The position numbers and the translations under genes were made by a program. The notes below the pieces were generated by a model that was given only the letters and a program-made list of their open reading frames with translations, had not been told where the DNA came from and did no database searches. From Squalus acanthias (Eukaryota), in assembly GCA_030390025.1 (NCBI GenBank), contig CM059433.1, positions 20,586,001-20,650,000 of the forward strand: a stretch of DNA of 64,000 nucleotides, in the 5' to 3' direction. This document shows, one piece after another, positions 12,801 to 25,207 of this stretch; position 1 is the stretch's first letter, and each line of letters opens with the position of its first letter.

Positions 12801-13453
12801 TATTTTCCCTACTACTGATGTCAGACTAACTGGTCTATAGTTCCCTGTTGTCTCTCTCCCTCCTTTCTTGAATAGCGGTGTTACACTTGCTACCTTCTAA
12901 GCCACGGGGACCGTTCTAGAATCTAGGGAATTTTGGAAGATCAAAACCAATACATCCACTATCTCTGTAGCCACCTCTTTTAAAACCCTAGGATGTAGGC
13001 CATCAGGTCAAGGGGATTTGCTGGCTTTTAGTCCTATTAATTTCTCCAGTACTATTTCTTTTCTAATAGTAATTTCTTTAAGTTCCACATTCTCACTAGC
13101 CCCTTGGTTCCCCACTATTTCTGGAATGTTTTTGTGCCTTCTTCCACGAAGACAGATACATAGGTCGCGATTTTGCCGACTGAGGCGGGTCTGGGGCAGC
13201 CGGGGTCGGTGTCGCGGTCCCAGCCCGCTGCCTCCTGCAGCCCACACTCTCCAAGTGACTTTTCGTTGATTGGGCTGGTTAAACCCGCCCTGCGAGGTTC
13301 CTGGCCAATTAATAGGAAGCGAGTCTGATGACGTCATTTGATGACGTGTCATCAGCCGGTTTCCTTAAAGGGGCCATGTCCAAATTTATCTCGACAGTTC
13401 TGCTGTCAGTATTCTCCAGCATTGACGTGCTGCAAACACTGAGAAGCACTGCA

Positions 13454-13685
13454 CAGAGGTGCACGACTGCACCCAGGCTCTCCCATGACTCCCTCCATAT
13501 GCTTATGGAGGGAGTCACAGCACACAGGGAGGTTCTCTTCCCTTCCCATAGGCGGAAGAGACCTCCCCATGAGATCAACGCAGCCTGGTTGCACATTGCA
13601 CAGGAGGGCACAAGCAGGGATGTTGTCAGGAGGACCAGGCTGCAGTGTCGCAAACCTTTCAATGATCTGAGCAGATCACAAAACG
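13454..13685 (+). pseudogene. Harbinger Myb/SANT-like DNA-binding protein N-terminal domain
   Basis: APRLSHDSLHMLMEGV..REVLFP..AWLHIA..RTRLQCRKPFNDL matches the Myb/SANT (MSANTD-like) pattern. Confidence 0.75.
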
Positions 13686-14744
13686 TTACTGCCAAGCCAC
13701 ACTCAACCTCATCCTGCTGTGCCACTCATCACATCCCCATCACTCTGCCTTCCCTACCCTACTCCTGCACATCCTTACTCACACCAACTTACCTTGCACC
13801 TCCACCCATCCCTCTCTATCTACATTATCACTTCCCCATCTCACTAGCCACCCCTCACACTCACCCTCAACCTACTGCAAGCATACGAACTAACAACACA
13901 GAAGGGTAGGCACCTGGGTGGTTAAGCCAATGTTCATGTGACGTTTCCATTAATGTGTTGTCAAACATTGAAATCTATATTTTCAACACTTTACTTTATT
14001 GGACAGATCTGTGCTCACCTTTGGAAGTGTCTTAGTGAGTTCCAGTGAATGTTGAGACATAACTTCCCCCCGACCCCAATTGTGATGAGTGTGTAAGGAA
14101 TGGCTTGAACATTGTAGGGATGCTTTATGGTGCTGGTGTGAAGTGGTGTCAACTTGGCGCATCACGTGGTAGCCAGGGTGTACAGAGTCAAGTGAAGTAA
14201 ATCTGGCCATGGTGATGCCATCCCTGGCCTCCCAGGCAGCAATGTTGTCGAGTGCTGATGCCCTGTGTCCTGTGCAGCATCAGGTGATTGCGGAGAGGTT
14301 GGTATTGTTGTTGGTGATGTTGGTGTGCCTGGTGATGTTGGTGCTGGGGCTGATCGTGGAGGGATTCAGAGGACCAAGGTGAGATTTTTTCAAGGGCAGT
14401 GATGTTGCTGGAATAGATGGCAACTGAAGTTGAAATGACAGAAGTGATCTGTCAATGGTGAGAGAGCTTGCTCCAAGGAGGTGATAGTGGATAGAGAGTT
14501 TACTCCAAAGAGTTCCAAACTGCATAGAGCTCAAAAGTGTCTTCCAAGTCCTGAAGGCTCAAGCTTCTGACATTGGAAAGTGAACAGCTGTGAAATGGTA
14601 GCTTTCATACCACTTTTGTAGCTGTCACCTATTCACAGCAATGGGGATAGAGAACCTGACCCAGTTACCTGACGTGATCTCTGATCGACGTGAACCCCGT
14701 TAAAAAAGTGGGAAAATAGAAATAGGCTGGCAAAATAGTAGTTA

Positions 14745-14852
14745 ACATTTCCCACATTACAACAGTGACTCCACTTCAAAAATACTTCATTGTCTGTAAA
14801 GCGCTTTTCTGGTGGTCGTGAAAGGCGCTATATAAATGCAAGTCTTTCTTTT
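14745..14852 (+). mobile_element. Deu-type SINE 3' fragment inside Harbinger element
   Basis: Matches 16145-16260 tail ending GGCGCTATATAAATGCAAGTCTTTC. Confidence 0.8.
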
Positions 14853-15789
14853 AACAAGTGTTGGACACTTTGGAAACTTACATGGCGGCAGGTTCGGAGC
14901 GGGTTCCCAGCCCGCTGTCAATTATTTCAATTTTGACAGCGGACCCGCATCCGAAACTGCACTGAGCGCCGGCAAAATCGTGGCCAAAGTATTTGTTTAA
15001 TGTCTCTGCTATTTCCTTATTCCCCATTATAATTTCTCCTGTCTCTGTCTGTAACGGACCCATGTTTACTTTTGCTAATCTCTTTCTTTTTACTTTGCTA
15101 CACAACCTTTTACAATCTGTTTTCATGTCTCTCGCTAGTTTACTCTTATATTCTCTTTTCTCTCGCTGTCAATTTCTTGGTCATCCTTTGCCGAATTCTA
15201 AAATCCTCCCAATCCACAGGCTTACTACACTTTTTGGCAACATTATAAGCCTCTTTCTTTAATCTAATACTATCTTTAACTTCTTTTGTTAGCCATGGTT
15301 GGACCAATTTTCCCGTAAGGTTTTTATTCCTTAAGGGAATGTATATTCGTTGCGAATTATGAATTGTTTCTTTAAATGTTTGCCATTGCTTATGTACCGT
15401 CATATCTTTTAATCTAGTTTCCCAATCTACCTTAGCCAACTCGCCCCTCGTACCTATGTAGTTTGCTTTGTTCAGATTTAAGACCCTAATTTCAGACTTA
15501 AGTTAGTCACTCTCAAACTTAATATAAAACTCGATCATATTATGAACACTCGTCCCCAGAGGCGCCTTTACTACAAGGTTATTAATTAACTCTGTCTCGT
15601 TGCACAATATTAGATCTAAAATAACCTGTTCCCTAGTTGGTTCCTCAACATGCTGATCTAGAAAACTATGTTGAATGCATTCCATGAATTTGTTCTCCAC
15701 ACTATTACTGCAAATTTCATGTGCCCAGTTTATATAAAAATTAAAGTCCCCACGATTACTGTGATACCCTTGTTACATGCACCTGTGTC

Positions 15790-16261
15790 ACATGTCAGCT
15801 GTGGCTCAGTGGGTAGCACACTTGCCTCTGGGTCAGAGGTTGTGGGTTCAAGTCCCACTCCAGGGACTTGAGCACATAAAGCTAGGCTGACACTCCAGTG
15901 CAGTGCTGAGGGAGCGCTGCACTGTCGGAGGTGCCATCTTTCGGAAGAGACGTTAAACTGAGGCCCTGTCTGCTCTCTCAGGTGGATGTAAAAGATCCCA
16001 TGGCACTATTTCGAAGAAGAGTAGGGGAGTTATCCCCGGTGTCCTAGCCAATATTTATCCCTCAACCAATATAACAAAAACAGATTATCTGGTCATTATC
16101 ACATTGCTGTTTGTGGGAGCTTGCTGAGCGCAAATTGGCTGCTGCGTTTCCTACATTACAACAGTGACTCCACTTCAAATAGTACTTCATTGGCTGTAAA
16201 GCGCTTTGAGGCGTCCGGTGGTCATGAAAGGCGCTATATAAATGCAAGTCTTTCTTTCTTT
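15790..16261 (+). mobile_element. Full-length tRNA-derived Deu-domain SINE (SacSINE1/AmnSINE1-like)
   Basis: A-box TGGCTCAGTGG, B-box GGTTCAAGTCC, Deu core AAAGATCCCATGGCACT..GAGTAGGGG..CCCCGGTGTCCT, L2-like tail, (TTTC)n; possible ACCT TSD. Confidence 0.88.
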
Positions 16262-16397
16262 ACCTCTAATTTCCTGATTTATACTGTGCCTGATTTATAC
16301 TAGACAGCCCTGATATGCTCTTAAAAGCCCTCACAGCCCTTTTTCTAAAAGTCCAATTATTACTTTCTCCAATGTTGTTGAAGGTCGATGACTGAAG

Positions 16398-16502
16398 AAG
16401 AAAGAGAAGAAAGTCTTGAATTTATATTGCACCTTTTACGACCCCAAAGTGCTTTACAACCAATAAAGTACTTTTGAAGTGTAGTCACTGTTGTAATGTA
16501 GG
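16398..16502 (-). mobile_element. Deu-SINE/L2 3' tail fragment
   Basis: Reverse complement of the same tail, diverged. Confidence 0.65.
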
Positions 16503-16914
16503 ATGTTACTAGCCACTGGGAAGTGGTCCTCCAATGTGCTAAACCTGCTAATGGTCTGACTATTCCTTGTTTTAATGGGGTGGAATTGCGAGCACCGGGG
16601 GCAACAACTGAAGTAACTGTTGCAATTTGAAAGTAACTGCTAATTGGCAATCTTACACTTGAGCAATTGCTTCTAAGTCATGTTCGTGACGCTGAGGTTT
16701 TGGTTATCAGCTTTTCCAGATCTTGCAAGAAGGTCTGTGCCAACTAACAAAGTGGTGTAAACTTCTCCATGTTGCACACCAGATTTCCAATGGACATTCT
16801 CAGTGAGAGTATCAATTTGTATTGAGCTGGTCAGGTAGTTTTGTGTCATGAGCCTTCACCCACCCAGAATTAGATTGAGGATGCCCAAACTAATTTTATG
16901 TAGGATCTGAACCT

Positions 16915-17186
16915 AGTTGTGGGAGAGTCCAAAACTAGAGATCGTAAATGTAAGATAGTTACTAATAAATCTAAAAGGGAATTCAGGAGAAACTTCTTTA
17001 CCCAGAGAGTGGTTAGAATGTGGAACTTGCTACAACATGGATTAGTTGTGGTGAATAGCACAGCTACATTTAAGGGGAAGCTAGATAGGTACATGAGGGA
17101 GAAAGGAATAGAAGGATGCGTTGATAGATTTAGATGAAGTAAGGTGGGAGGAGGTTTGTGTTGAGCATAAATACTGGCATAGACCA
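16915..17186 (+). mobile_element. CR1 3' fragment
   Basis: RRNFFTQRVVRMWNLL. Confidence 0.85.
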
Positions 17187-18331
17187 AAATGTAAGTCTAC
17201 GTCTGTGCACCATCCAGCTGCCCCTTCATCAATAACAAAGGTTATATTTTTGCCACTATAGTTGAAACTCTAACTTGAGTCCTGCATTTGATTTTCCCTG
17301 CTCTTACTGTTGATAAACCTAGTTTCCTGCCCTGCCCTCCAGCACAGGTAAGGTCACAGCACTCTGCTAAATACAGCAGCTTTCCTTGTTTTATCCAGAG
17401 GACAGAAATGCTATAAAAAGAGATTGCAGGTATTGATCAACAGGAAAGTAGCTCTCATTTCAATTTGCATTTGTTGCTAAGCTGCTGTTTTATGACACTC
17501 CATTGCCCTATGGTGTCTATATTTTGAACGAAATGCTGGGACTTTGCATTATTGAAGAGCACTCTTGTCACCGAACCTGTTACTTTTGTTTTGATAGCTC
17601 ATCTGTGATTAGTGATGGGTAGCACGAGCTACCATTCGCCCTTATTTCAATATAAACCCTTCGGCACTTTATTATTTCTGGTATATAGCTGGACAGCATG
17701 GAACGAGCCTTCTCGTCTGAAGGATAGCTGTTACTGAGACTACTATTAGCTGTCAAAATCACCAAATGTTATAATGACGTGCCACAAGAGTCACTCAGGT
17801 GGAGATGATTTATACCACAGCGAGTGCGTCATTTATTAAGACCATCAAAACACTGACATTATAGTCCCTTTTTTTTATATTGGTGCAAACCTGGCATCTA
17901 CTTTTAAATATATTACATAGGCACACACTGTACATTAACATGAACGTTGCTGCAGCTTCTCAATAAAAATTGAACCACTAGTTATGATTTATAGGAGTTA
18001 GAAAAGGGATGTTCCTGGTAACAAATAGATTAATATTTTATACGACTAGTAAGTGGGAGTGTGATAACTGCATTGATTAAAAAATTGACTTCATTAGTGT
18101 GAGTTAAACAATGCTTGCAAATAATTGTGTATCATAAGGCTTGGAATTAATGCCGCTGAACTGTCAGAAGCAGCTGAATAAGGTCATTGGTCCGCTAGCG
18201 CAAGACAAACTAAACAGAAAGGTATTTGCTGTGCTTTCTGGCATTTGTTAGAGGTAATTTGTAACAGCATGTACACAAATCTTCCTGCACAGCATGGGGA
18301 ACAAGCTGAGGCAATGGAATGTATTACTGTA

Positions 18332-18688
18332 TCCCTATCTCTTTAATCTCCTCCAGCCGCACAACCCTCCGAGATACCTGCGCTCCTCCAATCTGGCCTC
18401 TTGAGCATCCCCGATTTTAATCGCTTCACCACTGGTGGCTGTGCTTTCAGCTGCCAAGGCTCTAAGCTCTGGAATTACCTTCCTAAACCTCTCCGCCTCT
18501 CTAGCTCTCTTTCCTCCTTTAAGATACTCCTTAAAACCTACCGCTTTGACCAAGCTTTTGGTCGTCTGCCCTAATATCTCCTTTTGTGGCTCGGTGTCAA
18601 ATTTTGTTTGATAACTTTTCTGTGAAGCACCCTGGGACATTTTACTATGTTAAAGGCGCTATATAAATGCAAGTTGTTGTTGCTGTTG
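18332..18688 (+). mobile_element. L2 LINE 3' end
   Basis: LRSS..GGCAFS..LWN..FKILLKT-type C-terminus; tail GGCGCTATATAAATGCAAGTTGTTG shared with the Deu SINE. Confidence 0.8.
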
Positions 18689-18766
18689 TATTTTAAATAA
18701 TCCAGTTATGGGCTCATAGACCAACATTCATTTTGATTCCTGGGATCAGAGAAGAAACATATATAT

Positions 18767-19531
18767 GGGCCAGAAATTCGGCTGTTGTCGGGTGAGTACG
18801 CGCTGTGTACTCACCCGTAAGGCCACCTGAAGTGCTGGTTTCCTGCATGCACTGCGCATGTGCGGGAAACCGGAACTTCCGTTCCCCTGAAGGAAGGGGT
18901 TCAGAAGTCGAATGCGTGCGCGGGAGAGGCTGCGCGCACGCAGCGAACTTCGTTTTTTTTTTCAGGTTTCTCCGTGAGGGTAAGTATGGAGAAGCTGCAC
19001 ATTTAAAAAGGAGGCGCAAGGCCTGTTTTTAACAAGGTAAGTGGTTAATTAATTACAATTTAAACATTTTTTCAACAGGTTTATCTTTTTTACATACTTT
19101 AAAGAAAGGTAAGTTTATTTTTAGCACCGTTAAAAAGTTTAATTCATTTTTTCAAAAATTAAAATTTTTGTTTAAAGTAGTTAATTTATGTAATTTATAG
19201 TTATTTTAAAAATGTGATGGTTTTTTAAAAATGTATTTGAAGTTTTAGTGTGGTTTTGGGGCCGATCTCTATTCATAGATTTGACAGGTCTTCCTGTCAA
19301 ATCTATGAATGAAAATTCCCTGCTAGGATTGGCTCTCCATGGCCCACATGATCCCAGGGGACGCTTCGAACTAACTGCGCCCCTGGGATACGCAAGCACT
19401 GCACGCCGGCAGCTGCAGGAGGCCCAGGACCCGAATTCCTCGTGGGCCCGAAGCACAACGGCAGGCGCGGTAGGTAAGTACGAGCGCGATGCTTGCACCC
19501 GCAGGAAGCCGGAGAGCCGAATTTCTGGCCC
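18767..19531. mobile_element. MITE (Harbinger-type) with AT-rich core
   Basis: Perfect 17-bp TIR GGGCCAGAAATTCGGCT; related in opposite orientation to 30532-31272. Confidence 0.85.
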
Positions 19532-19549
19532 ATAGTTCTTATGACACTC

Positions 19550-19995
19550 TGTTTTGGGTACCATGTGTTTGCACATTGTCTTTTTACCCAGGGATCTGGG
19601 TTTGAATCCAATCTGGACAATGAAATGAAAGTCTCTTTTTTCTATTTTGGCTGTAAAAGTCCAACATGAATTGATTTTAGGCACTCTCAAAATGGCCCTC
19701 GTGGATATGAGTCCATAGCTTCCCAAAATTTGGTTTTAAATTATCCATAACTTGGTAGTATCACCCAGAGAGGCTACAACGTTGGTTGTTGTGAAAAGTA
19801 GAAAAACCTACACTGTTATAGGCTGTGCTGTTCTCTCGATGGAGTTAAGGGATTCGAGTAAAAGGAGCTTTACACTACATCTAACCCATGCAATGCTTGA
19901 CCTCAAAGTGTTTGATCCTGACACTAAGTGCAAAAAGTGAAAAATATTGCTGATCCCAACAATGGCATCAAACACCTTGGTAATCAAAAAAAAAA
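19550..19995 (+). mobile_element. Old tRNA-derived SINE resembling LF-SINE
   Basis: Degenerate B-box GGTTTGAATCC, body CAGAGAGGC..GGAGCTTTACACTACATCTAACCCATGC, A-rich end; family call from memory. Confidence 0.5.
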
Positions 19996-20579
19996 GACCA
20001 AAATAAAATTAAGGAAAATATATTTTGCATCTCCATCTGATATTGGATTGTGACTAAGAACTGAAGTCCCATTCTCCACAACATAAAGGATTACCCCAGG
20101 AGATTGGTCCCTTAACATATATCATTTCAGCAACCCTGAATGTAAACTAAGACCAGAAATGCTGGGTCTCCATGGGAAGGAAATCAAATTATACCACTGC
20201 GTAAATTCAGCGGAATTTACCCTTAAGCATCCTGTAAAGCAAAAGGCATATTCTTTAATTGTGCACATGTGTGCATAGAATAAAATTGAAAGTGATGGCC
20301 ATTTTGATTAGTGTTTGACGAACTTCCTGAAGCTTCGGTGGGTCATTGTTTCTGACAATGCATTTCCATGGCATTGGACTGTGGAGTAGTTCTGGGTCTC
20401 TAAGCTGCATGGAAACCCCCTTCCTTTGCAGTCCCCTGTTGGACACGAATCAGTGAGTTGCACTTCGGATGGCAGACTCTGATGAAATGCGTAAAGTGAT
20501 CATGAATTTGCTGTCAGAAATTGTGAAAGCTGCAAATAGAAATCTTGCACTGTTGGTTTAGGTAGAGGATCCTTTAGAC

Positions 20580-20937
20580 ATGAGTAGGGAATTGGTTAGG
20601 AGTTAGGAGACAGAGAGGAGGGTTAATGGGTATGTACCTCAATTGGCAGGATGTGGCCAGTGGTGTCCCCCAGGGATCTAAACTGGGGCCTCAGCTTTAC
20701 ACTATATTTATAAATGACTTAGATGAAGGAATAAAGAACCGTATATCCAAGTTTGCTAATGACAGTTAGGTTTCACAGTAAGTAGTGTAGATGGGAGCAG
20801 AAATTTGCAAAGGCACATGGATAGATTAAGTGAGTGGGCAAAACTGTGACAGAATGCTCCAACCATCGTGAGTGTGGGGCAGGCTTGATAAACCGGTTGG
20901 TTTTGTTCCTGCCTGTCATTTTTGGATGTTCGTATGT
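20580..20937 (+). mobile_element. Degenerate CR1 RT fragment joined to tail
   Basis: SGVPQGS..GPQL, SKFAND. Confidence 0.75.
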
Positions 20938-20947
20938 TCAACACAGT

Positions 20948-21062
20948 GGGGATAATTTTGACTTTATGCAATAGTACAAAATGATTTCAGGAGAGATGTA
21001 AAATAGGCTGCCGATTCGCTATTACCTGTCTTACACTATTGCACTAAGTCAATATTACCCCA
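20948..21062. mobile_element. Palindromic MITE, internally deleted
   Basis: GGGGATAATTTTGACTT ... AAGTCAATATTACCCC; homologous to 45003-45186. Confidence 0.7.
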
Positions 21063-22029
21063 GATAAGTGGGAAGATGAGCAGTTGTGGAGCTGTACATA
21101 GGCAGATTGTAAAGTACCAATAATTGAATAGCTGATGATTTTTGGTGCCTATTTGACTCAAAACATTAACTTTGAGAGAATAATCATCATTAACAAAAAT
21201 TACTTTGTGTTATGAGTTTTCTATGAATTCTTCTCCAATCTTGTCAGTTTGTGCATGCATCATAAGATAATAATGAATGCCTGGGAGTGATTACAAGGTA
21301 GTAATCTAATCAAAGGGTTCAGATCACATCGTAAGATGCAAGAGAGAAGCTTGAACTATTCATAATTTCCATCTGTACCTTGAGGTTGGATTCATGCTCA
21401 TTCCAGGGCAATAGTTATTCTTACACTATAAATTGTCACAAGCAGTTGATTATACTCCATGTTCATATTGAACAGTGGTTAAAGTGGATTTGTTAAGAAG
21501 TGATCCATCTCTGGTTCTATACAACTTTTGACCTCACTCCCACAACTTTTTGTACTTCCACATTCAGCCCTAGCCTTAATTCACTGTACTTACACCAGTG
21601 CGTGTGTTTTCTCTTAAAAGATAAGGGAGAGTCAATGTGTTATGCATATTTGCTTTTACCTTTTTGAAAAAAGTCTCACTGCCATTTTCTCACACATATG
21701 CAAATGTAGCTTCCTCTGTTAGCTCCACAATATAAATCTGAAAGCATATTGTAAGTGATTTTCAAAAAAAGCTCAAGCCTTGATACGAGTGAGACTCTGT
21801 GTTTTAGTGAAATGTATTATTTCTTAATACATGTAGCACAAAAGGAAGAATGAGAGATCTAATAATCCTTTAAACTGCTGCAACATTGTTCCATAGTCGG
21901 CCTCTTAAATTAAGAGCAGCGACTGGGAGAAAACCGAAAACCTTTTATCAACAACGGTGGAACAAGGAATCAGAAACAGAATACGGAGGACTTGCTGCTC
22001 CTCCTCCTCTTCAAGTAACTTTAAAAATT

Positions 22030-22240
22030 CATTTCATTTTGGGGATATGGGCATCGCTGACATTGCCAGCATTGTTGCACTTGAGAAGGTGGTGGTAGGA
22101 CTCCCATTGTGCTGTTCGGTAGGGAGTTCCAGAATTTTGATCCAGCGACAATGAAGGAACGTTCAAGTCGAGATGGTGTGTGACTTGGAGGGGAACTTTG
22201 AGGCAATGGTCTTCCCATGTACCTGCTGCTCTTGTCCTTG
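22030..22240 (-). mobile_element. Family B LINE 3' fragment, diverged
   Basis: RSFIVAGSKFWNSLPNST. Confidence 0.8.
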
Positions 22241-22489
22241 CTTCACAGCATAGCGATCCAAGACTTACATTGCTCCCCTTTCTCTTCCTCACGCTACTTC
22301 CTGTCTCTCACACTTGTCAGTCGCACTAAACAAAGTCTGAAGAAATAAAGGAGTCATTTGGAATATGCACAGAAACTCTCCAGTAACAGAAAATACTGGA
22401 GTCAAAGTTTCTGCCACCTTTTAATTTGCTTACCCATCACATTAAAAAAAAACGCAGACAAGCAAAGTCAGGGTTCTAATCTGCAGCCT

Positions 22490-25207
22490 GAATAGCAATT
22501 AAATACTAAAAAAAGAAAAATGAGAGATGGAGAGGGGTCACTGAAAGTGGGATCGGTTGAGGGTACATCAGCTGATGCTACACAGGCTGCAAAAGTGCCA
22601 AATAAGGTTTTTGCATAAGTTTTTACCAAGGAGGAGACAAGTAACTGATCTGGAAAGGGAACTAGGTGGTCCTGCAGAGGTAAACTATGACACTATTTAC
22701 ATTGCTACCAACATGATTGCTGAACAGCTGTGCAAACGTAAGGTGGACAAATGTCAGGAGCCAGATAAGAAGCATCCTAGGATCCTAAAGGAAATAAGGG
22801 AGGAAATTCTGTAAATCCTGGGATAAATCTTCCAGAAATCAGTGAACACTGGAGAGGTACTTGGGGACTGCAGAAAGGCAGATGTTACTCCTATTTTTAA
22901 AATGGGAGCAAAAGTGACCCAGGAAACTACAGACCAGTGAGTTTGTCATCCATTGTGGGCAGTTATGGAAACCCTTATTAAAGATAAGATCATGGAGCAT
23001 CTGGATAGAAATAAAATCATGAAAGATAGCCAATATTGGTTCATGAAGGGGAGGTCTTGCCCATGTAACTTACTGCAATTCTTTGAGGGTGTGACAAAGG
23101 AGCTTGATAGGGGTAAGGCAGTGGATGTGGTGTACTTGGACTTTGGTAAGACCTTTGACACAGCTCCTCAGGAAAAGGCTGGTCCTGAAAATAGAGAAAG
23201 TGAGAATCAGTGGAAATATTTTACAATGGATACATAGTTGGATGACTGATAGAACCCAGAAGGTAGTGGTACAGGGATTGTCATCATCCTAGGGTCTGTT
23301 TTGGGACTTCTACCAACTAATGAAAGTGGTAAAATCCAAAGTTGAGCAGTATAAGATACAGGAGGATTTGAATATACTTGGGAATTGGGCAGACAGGTGA
23401 CAGATGAAATTCAATGTAGAAAAATACCAAGTTAAAAATCCAGGCAGGGACTATTACTTAAATGGAAAGAAAATAATTTGCATGGAAAATAAGAGATCTG
23501 GAGGTCCTGATTGACAATAAATTGAAGCTATTGCAACAATGCTCGGTAGCAGTGAGTAAAACAAATCAGATGTATCAGATGTATTAAAAGGTCAATCTTG
23601 AGCCAAAATAGTGAGGTAATCCTGCCACTTTATAAATCATTGGTACGACCACACTTCAAATTCTGTGTACAGCTCTGGTCGCCACAGTATAAAAATTATA
23701 TTACAGCTATTGATAGGATATAGAAGAGGGCAAGCAGAATGATTGATGGGGTGAAGGGATTGGATTATGAGCAGCGATTATGTAAATTGGGCATTTTCTC
23801 ACTGGGAAAGAGAAGGTTGAGAGGTAATAGGATTGCTGTTTTTAGGATTCCAAAGGGATTAGATCTTGTAGACCATTATAAACTGTTTCACATATTGTAG
23901 AAAAGTAGAACCAGAGGATACGGCCTGTGCACAAAGGGGAGTAAATTCAAAACTAATCTGTGGAAATATTTGGGGAAATTTTAACACCACAAAACAGGTG
24001 GGTTGGGGTCACATGAGAGGTTAAAAGGTTAACAATGTCAATCCTGATCCCAACCCACCCACTTCCAGTTTTAACGGAGGCGGGACGGAAGGAGCGGGCG
24101 ACCAATCCACTCCCAGGAGGCGCGTTGGCACTTTAAATATTATAATGAGGCTGCGTGCCTCATTTGGAAGCACCATTTTAAATTTAACTCTGGGCGGCTG
24201 GGTTTCCCTGCCCTCAGGGAACCCGGCAGCTAAAGGAAGGCGAGGACTGCTGGAATTTGGAGGTATGTGCCTTTCCACTTACCTGCTGGATCTAGCGTTC
24301 CTGCTTCGCCAATCCCCCCACGATTGGACACCCTCCGACCCTTCCAATCTGACCCCAAGGCCACTGATCTGCCTCCCCCGCCCCCCCCCCACCGAGGCCT
24401 CTGATTCCAGCACCTCCCCCCCCCCTCATCCCAGTCTCCGATCTCCCCCTCAGACTGATCTACAACACCCTAACCCCTCCCAACACCCTCCGACGATTCC
24501 GGCCTTCCACCACGTCTGACGATCCCGGCCTTCCTCCTCCACCGACGATCCTGGCCTTCCTCCTCCAATGACAGTCCCGGTGTTCCTCCTCTCTGCTCCC
24601 CAGGCCTACATGCCCAACAGCCAGCCACCCTCTCAATCTAGCTGGCTGCGGGTGGGAAACAGATAAAAAAAAGTTAATCAGGTCCTGCCGTTACATTCGG
24701 CAGGGCTTGAGGGAAACCTGTTCTCCCGGGATTCCTAACTGCATTGCCGCCCCCCCCCCTCCCCTCCCCTCCACCGCACCGCTCCCTAGCCACCTCCAAG
24801 ATAAAATTCCGGCCATTATTTCAGTGAACGAGTGGTCAATCTATGGAACAGTCTCCCTCGGGAGAGGATGGAAGCTGATAGTATTGATTCATTCAAATGT
24901 AAATTAGATAGATTTGTTTCAGAAAATAACATTTTGGGATACAGTATAAGAGTAATTTGAGACATGACATATGGCAAGTGTAGCATGCTTGGGAGGAAGA
25001 GTTGACTTCGGACTTATGGTACCCAAAGCTCTCCACCATTGGGGTTTTCCTCGCTTCATGTCTGGATCTGTTGTAGACTAATTGATAGAGATTGATTGCT
25101 ATGATTAGTCAACAACTACATTATCATTGTTTTACGTGACTACCAGGATGGTAGAAGGCGAACTAGATGGACCTTGGTCGTTTTTCATCTAGTAATTCGT
25201 ATGTTCC
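22490..25207 (+). mobile_element. Old CR1 ORF2 relic interrupted by MITE
   Basis: [33 protein letters not shown] tail. Confidence 0.85.
23971..24814. mobile_element. Harbinger-type MITE in CR1
   Basis: Degenerate TIRs, ATT/ATT 3-bp TSD, internal ~26-bp tandem repeat at 24490-24590. Confidence 0.75.

Larger units (their letters stand above)
13163..14985 (+). mobile_element. Harbinger/PIF deletion derivative carrying Myb/SANT relic
   Basis: 16-bp TIR GGTCGCGATTTTGCCG / CGGCAAAATCGTGGCC (14/16), 3-bp flanks ATA/AAA; CR1 is collinear across the insertion. Confidence 0.85.
11592..16291 (-). mobile_element. CR1 LINE ORF2 relic interrupted by a Harbinger element and a SINE
   Basis: EN and RT fragments (EPTREQVILDL, GVPQGS, FADNTK, WNSLPQ); (TTCTTATG)-type tail near 11592. 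Confidence 0.92.

Noticed and set aside
15795..15870. tRNA gene
   Set aside because: A/B boxes belong to a SINE head that continues into the Deu core and tail
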